Below, piece by piece: positions 25,301 to 38,103 of a stretch of DNA of 64,000 nt; within the stretch, counting starts at the first letter, position 1, and each line of letters starts with the position of its first letter. Below the pieces are notes generated by a model. The model ran no database searches and was not told the origin of the DNA. It saw only the letters and a list, made by a program, of their open reading frames with translations. The position numbers and the translations under genes are program-made. Source of the DNA: Octopus bimaculoides (Eukaryota); contig NC_068993.1 in the NCBI RefSeq assembly GCF_001194135.2, positions 22,119,278 to 22,183,277 of the forward strand. The letters are read 5' to 3'.

Positions 25301-25516
25301 GTTTCAAATTATAGCACAAGGCCACCGATTTCAGGAAGAGGTATGTATAGTCGATTACATCGACCACAGTGCTCAACTGGTACTCATTTTATCGACACCG
25401 AAAGGATGAAAGGCAAAATCGATCGCTGCAGAATTTTAACTTAAAACGTAAAGACGGACGAAATGCCGCTAAGCATTTCGCCCGGTGTGATAATGATTCT
25501 GCCAGCTCGCTGCCTT
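25301..25516 (-). mobile_element. SINE-1 (tail type B)
   Basis: Full copy following (AAC)n. Confidence 0.85.
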
Positions 25517-25587
25517 AACAACAAAAACATCACTATCAACAGCATTAATAGTAGTAGTAATGATGATGATGATGATGGTTTGACGGA

Positions 25588-25720
25588 AGAGGGTCAGTCG
25601 ATAGTGGTGTTCCCAGTACTTGAATGGAACTTAATTTTAAAAATGAAGTACTTTATTTTGTAGAGAGGTTGAAAGGCATATCTAACCTCGAACTGATTTG
25701 AGCTCAGAAAGCTGACAGAT
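25588..25720 (-). mobile_element. SINE-1, highly degenerate partial
   Basis: GTCGAT..CCCAGTACTTGA..GAAAGGC..CTCG..TTTGAGCTCAGAA. Confidence 0.5.
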
Positions 25721-25922
25721 GAGATCGATGTTACATGTTTCAAGGATGAATTATACGAAGTCGTTGTGCGATTCAACAAAATAATGAAAAGATGTATCAT
25801 AGTAAAAAATATCATAAAAGGACACAATTTCAAACATTTCAATGGAGGTACTGCGACTTTAGTCTAATTAAGGAACGCTACAATACTGACTTAATATTGA
25901 TCACAAGGACAAGTACTACTCT

Positions 25923-26001
<79 letters not shown>

Positions 26002-27928
26002 CCTCTCACTCATTCTCCTTCTCAAGCCTTACTCCCCAACCTTAAATCTGCTTATAGGAAATTACCCGGAAGGTAGCATCACATTATTTACTCCCATCTT
26101 CTACTCTGAATAGTACTTAAAATTTGATGATGTTGAAGTTGAAAGTGTTTGTCTGCAACCCTTTCTGTCTTGTCGACTGTACGGTATCTTCCACCAAACA
26201 AAAGAAAATTGCTTTCACCGCCCAGTCAAAGGATGTGGTGAGGTGGTCGTTATTGTCAGTCTTACATGCATGAGATTATCTACAGAATTATGTTTAGATA
26301 AGTTTCTTTATATTGTTTAAGGCAAAAATATATTGTTCTAAGTATTCACCACAATAAATGAAGGCGTTCTTACATATTTCCCCATACCTATATATTAAAC
26401 AATGTGAGTACGTGTTATTGTTTCTGATTTGCTAACGTTTTCTTATCGATTTATTCTCATATCTGGAAACGAGGAATATTGATTTCTTTCACTAATTATT
26501 CTTATTAAGTGTAATTTACAGTACTTTGCTATAAAACAAGCAATAACATTAGTTCACATTCTCAGACTGGAGGAAGCATAAATTTGTGTGCGGGGGGATG
26601 AGTGCGTGTGCATGCGCGCATGTTTGTGTGTGTGTTGGATTAAAGGGAATCCATTGAGGATAGAAGCATATCAAAGCGAACACTCCACAATTAATGGCTA
26701 GACAGAATGACGCAAATCGTATATCTAATTAATAATTTATTTAATTTATTGAATTCGCTTCTAACCTTATGTCGTATCAATTTAATATTTACTTCATCCG
26801 CCCTAGTTATGGGCTTTATATTTCCTTATAATTCGTTATAATCCTATAAATCCTTCATCATTTATTAATATTTATGGCCTCCATAATTCTTATAAATCCT
26901 TTTAACATTGTCCTATTACTCTACATTATTTTACATTATTATCCTGACTTGACCGATCTACTTAGCCTATACAGTTTTAATTGATTCGCTTTGTTCTCAC
27001 TAATAATGTGACATATTGGTTAATAGAAACGTTGAGATTCTTGAGTTTTCAGGCTTTTATTATGAATATCAGCTCTGGTTTCCCTTCTCAATTAATTCTA
27101 GCCTTTTGATTTGTAACATCATTAAAGCTATATAGCTGATCTCTCTAAATTTCGATATTTACCTAACATCAATTTATAAATTTATATCTTTCATGTTAAG
27201 TTTGGTTATTGACTAAACTACTTTCATTAGCTTATTATGCAAAGTTATTCGTTTATTCCAATGCTGTCTTTCCGTAAACTATGTGTTCACTTTATTAGGT
27301 TTATCTTACTCTTTTTCTATTTAAGTATTTATAGGTTATGATTGCTGTTACTGTGATTATGCTTATCTCTATATATTAATTATTTTCTTTTCCTTTTCTT
27401 TTTCCTCTCCTTCTTTTCTCCTCCATCTCCGAAATCTCGCAGAGAACTTTACTATTCTCTGCGTTTTTTCACTGAGTGATTTTTCTTTTCTGAAGTATAA
27501 TTAGTTGGATCTCCTTTAAATACAGGCAATATTCTACTAATTTTGCAATAATTAGAGCATTTTTATCAATAATAAATAAGTAAATGAATCAGTAATGCTG
27601 GAATTTATATTTTAATATGTTCCTGTGTAAGGCCGTAAAAACACCAGCGTAAGGAGAAGACAGAAGTCGACAGTATGAAAATTCAAGATAAGAAAGTTGA
27701 AAGACATTAACAATAGTGAAAAGAGAATGTGGTGGAGAATAACATACTCTGTCGTATCTCTGGAGGGTCGCAATCCTAATTAGAAATACACCCACTGGTT
27801 CTATTTTACTTCTTTATTTTTCAATTAGTTAATTGTGTTTATTGCTGGCAATAATGGCCCGGCTGAGATACAACGGAATATAAACTAATCAATTTAGGAA
27901 CCATTGCAATGGACATCTATGGGTTTTA

Positions 27929-27963
<35 letters not shown>

Positions 27964-29381
27964 NNNNNNNNNNNNNNNNNNNNNNNNNNNNNNNNNNNNN
28001 NNNNNNNNNNNNNNNNNNNNNNNNNNNNNNNNNNNNNNNNNNNNNNNNNNNNNNNNNNNNNNNATATATATGACAATTGTCTCAGTTTGTTTTGCTCTTC
28101 CGAGAAGAGATTAATAGAATAAATTGTGATCCCAATAATAATGCTATTTGAGAGGATTACCCAAAGCGCTACTTCCGACTGCTTGCCTGTATCCAAAGAA
28201 ACATTTCTTTTTAAATAGTTTAAGATAAATTGAATCGTGCAATGAACGTTTTCTGCAGCTTTTAATTATTATAAACGAGTGGCCTTTTTAACTTGCCTAT
28301 TCCAGGCACAGTTTAATGCCTGTCATTTATCTGCCATTCATTTAATGTGTAATTTCAATTACAAATGCTGTTACTCGCAGCGCATTTTTAATTACAGAAA
28401 ATTCGTGAATAACTATGATTCTGTTTAATCGTGTTTCATCGCTTTAGAAATCTTTTACATGGGAAAATGGATTGAGGTTTTGCGAAAAAGAAGTTTTACA
28501 TGGTTAAACTGTTCTCTGGCATTGGTTCTTATTTCATCGATAACCAGATGGAAAGTAGTCCTCAGCTGTTAATATTCGTCTTAGATTATATTATTTCATT
28601 CCATATTGTTTCGTTGTGATATTGTTAAAGAACATAATATAACAGCAAGATAAATATGAATAATGAAGATGATAGAATACATGTTAATTGGTATCAATCG
28701 TTTTGAAATAGTTTTGCCTTCTATTCCACATTAAAACCCCGTTATGCTTCGACAATGTAAAGCTTCAACATAATCAATTTATTATCTACATTTCAATATA
28801 TGAAGTATAACTAAAGTTGCATCTGAAGTGTAACACAAACTCCTGAAGAACTAAGCTTTTACGTACTAAAACTTTTGCCAAAAGTTTTCGTCCAAAACGC
28901 CATTTGTTTTTTGCTCTGGTGATGATCTGCTTAATACGAATACGGATAAATTCTAGACATGTACGTGTGTATGTGTGAGCATATACGTGTATGTGTGTTT
29001 GTGTGTGTGTGTGTGTGCGCGTGCGCGTGCGTGCGTAATTGTTTGTGATTAGTAATGTTTTGTGGTTTATGATTTATTTTGAATTTTTGAAAGTTTATGA
29101 AGTATTTCCTTCCGTAATTCTTAATTGCAAAATATGATTTACGATGTTTATATTAAACAAGGCTTCAAGCCACATCGTATAAAAAAAATGCGGAATACAA
29201 AGCAAATATGTACTTATGCATGTTTGCATATATGTATGCATTCATGCATGCATGTATGCATCCATGTATGCCTGTATGTATGTATGGCTGTATGTATGTA
29301 TGTATATATANNNNNNNNNNNNNNNNNNNNNNNNNNNNNNNNNNNNNNNNNNNNNNNNNNNNNNNNNNNNNNNNNNNATTT

Positions 29382-29412
<31 letters not shown>

Positions 29413-29488
29413 AAGAGATAGTTAGATAGGTAGACAGACAGACAGGCAGACAGGCAGACAGACAGATAGATAGATAGATAGATAGATG

Positions 29489-29532
<44 letters not shown>

Positions 29533-29995
29533 TCGAAAGGGATTAAGATTGATACATAGATAAATATACACATAGAAACTACACCAAATTAAAAATGCCA
29601 CGTTTATCTGATGCTTTCACACAGTCATTCAATATTCAGTTGGCTTTATATATACGTGCGTGCGCATGTGTGTATATGGGTGAATAAGTGTACGTGTAGA
29701 TTAGTGTGACTGTGTGTATGCGTGTATCATATACTACAGTATATTCCACGTACAACTTCACTGCAAGACACTGCTTTCATGAATCATTGTAGATCATGAC
29801 GACGTCGACGATAACTAATAATATTGCTGTACTCACTAATATTAAGCAGCATCAAAACTTCACTCTTCACTTCATGAATTACTAGTGAATAGGTTTGCTG
29901 TTTTCCTGTCTAGTCTTGCTAGTTCGTTTAGTATGCAGTTGTAAATGTTATAATCATAAAATGACTGAACACCTGAAATATTGATGTCCATTACA

Positions 29996-30064
<69 letters not shown>

Positions 30065-30486
30065 CAATGATATTAATGCGCTAACTTATTGTTTTTGTAC
30101 GTATCTGATGTGTGCGTCACACTTTGAAGAAGTGGCAAGCGAGAGAGAGGGGGACAGGAAGGAAGTAAGATACAGAGAGAGAGACAGAGAAAGGGAAAGT
30201 GAGAGAGTGAGAGAGAAAGAGAGAGAGTGAAAGAGACAGTGAGTGGTGACGGTATTCGTTTTATGCTTTTAAATGTTTATCACATCGCAAGAGAAGTAGA
30301 TACATAGATACATATACACATTATTAAATCAAAAGCGAGAGAAAAGGGGGACACAAAAGAAGTGAAAGAGAAGGAGAGAAAGTGAGAGTGACAGTAGATA
30401 CATAAATCCAAAGAAAAGTTCATACATAGATGCATACAGCAAATATTGGGTGTCAATTTCACTTTTCATTACCACATGAGGATAAA

Positions 30487-30597
30487 ATTAACTCACAAAT
30501 AGCTGAGTACTCCACAAACATGCATAACATTAACGTAGTTCTCAGGGAGATTCAGCCTCACACAGAATATGACAAGGCTGGCCCCGTTGAATTACAG
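30487..30597 (+). repeat. Unclassified dispersed repeat B
   Basis: AAATAGCTGAGTACTCCACA...GTAGTTCTCAGGGAGATTCAG..ACACAGAATATGACAAGGCT is homologous to 20550-20680 (+) and 18400-18560 (-). Confidence 0.75.
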
Positions 30598-30608
30598 CTA
30601 CAATTAGA

Positions 30609-30647
<39 letters not shown>

Positions 30648-30939
30648 TGTATGTCTGTGTGTGTGTATGTGTATAGTTTAGGTTAGTTAAAACATGTTCG
30701 CAATAATGAGTGTCGCGTGGTGGAAATAAACGCAATTATCAAACTTTCATTCATAAATCCATTTATTATTTAGTTCTTTTGCATTTCAATTTGTACATTA
30801 AGGTTCTTGGAATATGTATTTTAAGGTTAAATAGTAATTCGGTTTACGCTTGTGTAACTGAGATATTTTTGTTGGATTATATAGTCATTGGTGTTACATT
30901 ACTTTCTATATTCTGTAACTGTCACAATATAATTTTCTT

Positions 30940-31080
30940 GGACTGAATTTTTTGTGGGGAGGGGCCAGTTGATTAGATCGATCCCAGTACACGACTGATA
31001 CTTAATTCATCGAGCCCGAAAGGAGGAGAGGCAAAGTCGATCTCGGCAGAATTTGAACTCAGAACGTAAAGACAGACGGT
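30940..31080 (-). mobile_element. SINE-1 partial
   Basis: Core GGCAAAGTCGATCTCGGCAGAATTTGAACTCAGAACG. Confidence 0.75.
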
Positions 31081-31176
31081 TATAATATACAAACATTTCT
31101 CATGGCACCAGTACACTGTTTACAGATGCTTACATTTTTTATGTTTTCCGTGAATTTTTAACGGGCCCAGCTAGTT

Positions 31177-31177
<1 letters not shown>

Positions 31178-31258
<81 letters not shown>
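31178..31258. repeat. (CAT)n microsatellite
   Basis: Seen directly in the sequence. Confidence 0.95.
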
Positions 31259-31259
<1 letters not shown>

Positions 31260-33792
31260 TTCAGGATACTTATTTTAATTTGTTTTTCTATCACCACTAT
31301 AAGTATTGCTGTTTCAAAACTTCGAAACTGCACTTCTCATCTACTAGAATGGACACATTACTCATGCCATCATCTGTACCTTGCCTCTGTCTCCAAGCTC
31401 CACAGTAAACCTATGCCATATGTCTATTCTTGAACTGTTCTAACTTTTCAAATTATAGATGGTTTGCTGATATCACTTTACTAAGAAATGTACAAAGATC
31501 TTTACACGTAACTTGTAGAGAAAACTTGAAAATACTCACAAATTCTTCTGTGAAAGTTAACAATAAAATCATGCATTATTTGTAACAGTTTTCAATAAAA
31601 ATTTTTGTGTAGAATACAAAATAATCGGTTTCTATTGCCTGTCTCTCTGGCATCATTTTCTATGACACGAATATCAACGCACTAAAGGTGGAACAAAACT
31701 TTAAAAGCAACTAAATTTCACTCTACTGGTCTTAGAATGAAAGCAATCTGTTAAATCAATACAAAAATCCAGTACAAATCTGATGTTGCTTCTGAGGGGA
31801 TTGTTTAACATATACAAAGTTTTGTCGTGCTTCTATAAAGGTACGGTATTAAGAAAATTTAAAACATTTGCTATTTGAACTGATGTTTTCCTAGATTTTT
31901 AAAAAATATCTTCTGTCATTGATGAATGTGTTATTCGGGTTTTCTTCGAATTTTGCATGAAAGAAGACTTAAACGAAATTAAAAACGACCACCGATTGTG
32001 CAAAGTTTTCAAATCCTGATTCAAATACATCTATAAAGTTCGATGTAATTTATTTTGATGTTCACATATCCTGTGGGTAATTGATTATTTTAATTATAAA
32101 ATTCTTTATCGGTTCAATCCATAACACTGATTTTAGTATTCCTATATCTCAAAAGCATTAATCAGCGCAATGAACAGAAAACAATTGATTTTAGGCTTTG
32201 TATAAAACGAATAATTATTTTTACAATTGATTGTTTCGTCATTGAAATTGGACGATATTTTACAGAGTCTGGGAAAAGAGAAATGATAAGGTATAATATT
32301 GTTAAGATTAAACGTAAGATTAAAAGATAAATGGATAAAAAATAAGTACGAGAACAGGTTTAATAAACTATCGAAATCAACAAAGAAACAGTCTAAATAA
32401 TAGAAATTTCTCTCTACGATGGAGAAAGAAATGCTGGAGTACAATGCAATTATAAATAGTTATATAGACTTTGTAAATATTTTGTGTGTGAGCGTAGCAT
32501 ATTTATATCTCTATAGAAGTGATGGATACTAAAGTACTACAGATATAGTTAAGACCTTAAATAATTGAACATATCTGTTATTCAACCAGTCTTGTCTTAT
32601 TTTGCAATAACGCCGACAGCCATGATGCAAGACCTTCTTAGTAGCATTATGCTAAGCGCAACAATTTGATTTTCAGCCTTTTATCCATGAGTCTCTTATG
32701 CACTAATCTTAGCAATTCCTGTTATGGAAAAGTTGTTAACTTTTTTCCAGGTTATTAATGAGTTTTATCGTAAGTCTACCAAATGTCCACATACCTCATT
32801 TATGCCTTGAAGTTGCTTTTCAGACTAGTTAACATCTTACAACTGTAATCCTTTACTTACCTACTATACATTTTTCATCATGAGAACCGTTTGTAATTGT
32901 ATAAAATACTCTCTTCTCGGTGGATACTCGTATAAACATTAATTCAGTTTTATGTAACCCTTACACAGCAATCAGCTTACAAATAATGCCAAATCCAGAA
33001 TACACAAATAACAATTAGAAAATGGTGGAGAATAAGGATTAAATTATAAAAAAAAGATGGCGTTAAGTAGATTAAAGTTGGCATTAAAAGGGTGCATAAA
33101 ATACCAAAAATGTATAAAACATAGAGAATATTCAATGTAATGTTGTCTGTTTAATTCATCAAATACATTATTTTTGATTAAATGGGAAAGAGAAATAATA
33201 TACAAATAAATTAACATAAATTTAAAATATTGAATGAACCTCTTAGAAAATATATTAATATAATTTAGAATAAAATAGATGAAGTGACTCCATTCGTCTT
33301 TTAGAGACCAGTTACGATTAAGTCAGTCCTACTAGATAGTCCACTCAAGTTTGAAGAATGAAAATATAGCCCTGCTTCTGAAGTAAAATATAATTTTACT
33401 GCTTTTAGCCATTTCTAAATCTGTAATTAAAATATATTGCATATTTGTTAAGTGCTTTGTCATATACTGAATCTTAAACACTGATCTATTTAAAAACAAT
33501 TTATAAACTATAGCTCAGCATTTAGAACAACAAAATTGGTCCAAATGCCTCAAGATCAAGTTAATTCAATCCGGGTGTGGAAACAAAATTACCTGAACAG
33601 CAGACCACGATAAAATTACTAATTGCATTTTGTATCCGTTACACACGAGCACAGGTGTTCTACAGGATGTATTATAGGTCCAGTAACGTATTCCATCTGC
33701 ACGTACGTTTACGTTACCATCAACGACAACATTTATAGTTAGCTTACAACAAAGCTGCTGTCGGCCTGGTATCCGAAAAATTCATTTACGCA

Positions 33793-34030
33793 AGTAAGAT
33801 TCAGGGATTGATTTTCTTGGCGAAAATATTGGCCAAGTGCCAATGACATAGCTTCTATACGATCACTGTAAACTGCTATAAAAAGCAGTGATATCTTCCT
33901 CAAATCAAGCCAATAATATGATGGACACGTTGGATAATGTAATCTTAGAAATTCTACGAAGAGAAAAGTAGTGTCTAAGATTCCTTTGATCATATGTTTG
34001 ATAGATGAAAGGTTATACAATTGCTAAATA
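33793..34030 (+). repeat. Unclassified dispersed repeat A plus left flank
   Basis: AAAAGCAG..TCTTCCTCAAATCAAGCC..GGACACGTTGGATAATGTAATCTTAG..CCTTTGATCATATG; related pieces at 18600-18715, 42575-42770 and 59300-59460 (rc). Confidence 0.65.
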
Positions 34031-34248
34031 TAACCAAACAGCAAAAACAATGACCGAAGCTCCGATAAAAACTAACGGGGTCAAGTTTTTACTTCACAAA
34101 ACAGAGATGAAAATATGATCTCATTTTTTAAAAAAATTATGATTTGGAAATATCGCTACCTGCTTGATAATGTAAAAATGATCAACAATAATACGAATGA
34201 TAATAAAAATGATAATGTAAATACTAATAATCTAACAACAACAACAAA

Positions 34249-34444
34249 AGGCACAAGGCCTGAAATTTAGGGGCTGTAAGTCGATGACATCGACCCTAGT
34301 GTTTCACTGGCACTTGATTTGTTGAACCCGAAAGGATGAAAGGCAAAGTTTATCTCGGCAGAATTTGAAATCAGAGCGTAAAGGCCGACGAAATGCCGCT
34401 AAGCATTTTCCCCGGCGCACTAACGATTCTGCCAGCTCACCGCC

Positions 34445-34446
<2 letters not shown>
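34249..34446 (-). mobile_element. SINE-1
   Basis: Full copy between (AAC)n and a 210-bp (AAT)n. Confidence 0.9.
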
Positions 34447-34514
<68 letters not shown>

Positions 34515-34518
34515 TAAC

Positions 34519-34586
<68 letters not shown>

Positions 34587-34597
34587 TGATGATGATG

Positions 34598-34656
<59 letters not shown>
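34446..34656. repeat. (AAT)n microsatellite with a GAT patch
   Basis: Seen directly in the sequence. Confidence 0.95.
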
Positions 34657-34657
<1 letters not shown>

Positions 34658-36235
34658 GAGTGACATCTGGAGCAAAGACAGGCAGCACAAGAAAGATGCT
34701 GAATGGTTGCAAGAACTGAAACAAACAGTAGTCTGTCCAAAACAAGCAGAACTAGTCATTTCAGTTAGGGAAGTGAAGGAAATCAACAAAAAATGGGTAA
34801 TTGGAAGGCCCTGGGACCAGATGGAGTTCAAGGCTACTGGATCAAAAGATTTGGTGAATGTCAAATCACGAATAGCTGCACAACTCAACACCTTGTTAAG
34901 TGCCGACTAAGTAATACCAGAGTGGGTGACAATGGGTAACACAATGCTGTGCCAGAAAAACATCGAAAAAAGCAACACGGTAGACAATTACAGGCCGACA
35001 TCCTGTTTGACATTTACGTGGAAATTATTAACAGGAATAGTCGCAGAGTCAATGTATGGACATCTGGAAAAAAATGGAGTCCTGCTACATGAGCAGAAGG
35101 GTTGGAAACGTAAGTACCGAGGATCAACTCCTGGTAAACAAAACTGTATTTAGACACTGGAAGAGAATGAAAAGTAACTTAGCCATGTCATGGATCGATC
35201 TTGGATTATGGAATGTATGAACCTATTTGGTATTGCATCGAATGGTGAGCGATTGCTTGGAAAGAGTATGGCGAATTGGAGGATGGGCCTAATAGCATAC
35301 GGCAGAAGTTAATGGACAGTAGAAATCAGGAAGGGTATCTTCTAAGGGATTCAGTAAGATTCAGGGATTAATTTTCTTGGCGAAAATATTTGCTAAGTGT
35401 CAACAACATAACCTCTATACATTCACTTTGAACTGCTATAAAAAACAGTGATATCTTCCTCAAATCAAGCCATAATATGATGTCCCCACTGATCTTTGTT
35501 CTGTTCTCGATACCACTAACACTGATACTGAGGAAAGTAAAACTGGGTATGTATTCAAAATCCGCCAACAAATAGTCAACCATTTGTTATTCATGGATGT
35601 TCTCAAACTTTATGGTAAAGATGGAGCCCAAGTCAGTTCCTTCGTTGATACGGTGTATACTTTCAGTGCTGATATCAGAATGGTGTTCGGACTGAAAAAG
35701 TGTGGTGTGTTAATCTTGAAGGGAAGCAAAATGTATGGACGGGCTAGCGATACTGTCGGGGGAGGCTATGAAGCAGGTAGAAGAAATGGGCTATAAGTAT
35801 TTGGGGATATTGGAAATGGATAAATTGATAGAGTAAGAAATGACAGAAAAATTAAAGTTGGAGTACTTGCGCAGACTGAGATTGATCCTTAAGTCGAAAT
35901 TAAATGGACGGAGTAAGATCGAAGCTATCAACACCTGGGCAGTTTCACTCCTTAGATATGGAGCAGCAGTACTTGCATGGACAGTAGACGAACTAAACAG
36001 CTTAGACAGAATGTCAAGGAAGTTACTAACTAGATATGGGTCACTAAACCCCAAAATTGACACAGACAGACTGTATGTACCAAGAAAAAGAGAGGGGGGA
36101 GATGACTTATTGGATGCGAACACAGCATTAGAGCAGAGGCAATAACATAGCATGGTGTGTAAAAAATGCCACAGAACCGCTATTATTAGAAGTAAGAAGG
36201 TCAGGCTTGTGTAAGATAAAAGATTGCAAAGATTA
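34657..36235 (+). pseudogene. R4/Dong LINE reverse transcriptase region, decayed and interrupted
   Basis: WKAxGPDGVQGYWIK, NYRPTSCL..TWKLLTGI, EQKG, GDS|..PLIFV, NHLLFMD[V]LKLYGK, YKYLG, NKI.AINTWAVSLLRYGA, DRLYVPRKREG; insert at 35354-35485. Confidence 0.9.
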
Positions 36236-36756
36236 AGAATACCCTGATGCAGAACCAGACTGTGGCTCACATGGCTTCTGATCTTAACTGATTGGAAGTG
36301 ATATCATGTACAACTTTTTGTCTTTGTATAAAAGATGTACTACAGCATTTACTGCTCAACTACTACTGCTCAATGCTACAGATTTGCGTTCAATTTCTGT
36401 TGTTTGACCTTAACCAGTTCAACATATCTCTTCGTGGTTGATCTCAAGCAGACGTAGTGATGGAACATCATAGCCATGTGTTTAGATGAATTCTTTGGGG
36501 TTTGGATAATTTACCTTTGTTATTCATGGATGATCTCAAACTTTATGGTAAAGATGGAGCCCAAGTCAGTTCCTTCGTTTAGTTACAATTTTCTTCATGT
36601 CGAGTAGCCCATCCCACACAAAAGGTCTCTGAATAAGGGCTGTTTAAGGATGATGAACGAAACACCCATGTTGCTTAGTTGAATATTTAACTAACTGACT
36701 AATAATAAAGAAAGTAAGTGGATTGAACCATTCATATCCATGAATAACAAAGTGGT

Positions 36757-37005
36757 AATTCAAAAGACAATGCCCATGGGAACTGCCCATATCCGGCGTA
36801 GAATACTGTCTATGTAATCTCAAAATTTAAAACAAACTCATAATTTTCTTGTTTTCTTAAACATTCTCTAGAACAATACTATGTACAAAACCAAATATAT
36901 GACTCCCTAAGCAAATCACCAACATTAACTTCTAGCTTGTTGTCTCTTGAGGTGTCTAGATGAGACTTGGAGCCAACTTGTACAAATACGAAACAAACGT
37001 CAAAC
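36757..37005 (+). mobile_element. R4/Dong LINE extreme 3' end and UTR, followed by (AAT)n
   Basis: IQKTMPMGTAHIRRRILSM* (cf. 3625-3651), then UTR ending CAAAC-AAATAATAAT. Confidence 0.8.
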
Positions 37006-37104
37006 AAATAATAATAATAATAATAATGATGATGATGATGATGATTTAATAACAATGATAATAATCAGTAAATAAGAAATAGTTATGTTGTGTTTCGGGG
37101 CAGT

Positions 37105-37337
37105 CATTATACACACTGGTTCAATCCACTTCCTTTCTTTAAGCAATTCAACTAAGTAATTTGTTTTGCTATTGTTTGTCAAAGCTCTTTCGTTGCAACT
37201 TGAAAAGGTTGCAAGTAGCAACGAAAGAAATTTCACGATTAAATGCAAAACAAATTAGTTAGTTGGATATTTAACCAATTGACTAATAATAAAGAAAAGA
37301 AGTGGAATTGAACCAGTGTGTGTGTTAATTATAATGG
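37105..37337. repeat. Imperfect palindrome (hairpin centre about 37207)
   Basis: TCTTTCGTTGCAACTTG / CAAGTAGCAACGAAAGA and CACACTGGTTCAATCCACTTC / GAAGTGGAATTGAACCAGTGTG. Confidence 0.8.
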
Positions 37338-38103
37338 CATAATAACTCTCCCTAGACGTGACAGAATGTGTTTAAGAAAAAGTAAAAAAATAAAGGGGAA
37401 TTACTAGGAATTAAATCTGAAAACAACAAATCCCATAAATAAAATATTTAAAACGAAAAAGAAAAAGTGGGAAAAAAGAAAACAAAACACCCCTTAATCA
37501 CAAATACATAAAATACTCACATCCAATGAATTTCAAGAACGGGGAAAATTAGAAACTTTATTAAAAGCAATAGATTCCATTGCCGTAAGAGAACTGATCA
37601 AAGTATCACAAAAAAAAAAAAATTACTTCATATGTTAAAGTGACATATAGAAATATTAATACTTAAAAAGAAATGAAATGAAAAAAGTGAAATTTGTTGA
37701 ATGAAAAACTGAATAAACATGAAAAGAGATTTATCGCAATATATGAAAACTAACCAATGAGCTGACGTTCCTTAGATGCAGCAAAATATTGTATCTATTG
37801 CAATCTCAATATGAGTAAGTTGATAGATATATGATGAAATTCTGACAATGCTTTTAAGAAATATAACAGAAGTTAATGATACCGCACCTATGCATTATAA
37901 ATCGTTAACATGACACTTCTATATTATCGTTTTCAGTTCCAACACACGATATTAGACGGAGTCACCTGTCAAGCATTGCAATTCACATGTATGTATAATG
38001 CCTGGTAGAAAAGCATTCTGCAATTCAACTGGTTTTGACAAACGTTCTATCCACAAATTTTCGTAATGTAATATTAATGAATTTGCATATAAAGATATTC
38101 ATA

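Noticed and set aside
31160-31177. AACGGGCCCAGCTAGT as a Helitron 3' end
   Set aside because: No clear subterminal hairpin or matching 5' TC end was identified.
32751-32769. Candidate microexon TTTTTTCCAG|GTTATTAATGAGTTTTATC|GTAAGT
   Set aside because: 19 nt (not frame-preserving), with no neighbouring exons identified; such signals occur by chance in AT-rich DNA.
18390-35485. Apparent three-member pseudogene family with motif FLRLH-x3-CPS..LD (ORFs 18387-18590, 20390-20695, 33739-34020, 35368-35583)
   Set aside because: The shared segment is dispersed repeat A/B, also present at 30487, 42575 and 59300 where no such frame is evident. After the motif the third copy diverges into different sequence, and substitutions in the arms show little codon-position bias.
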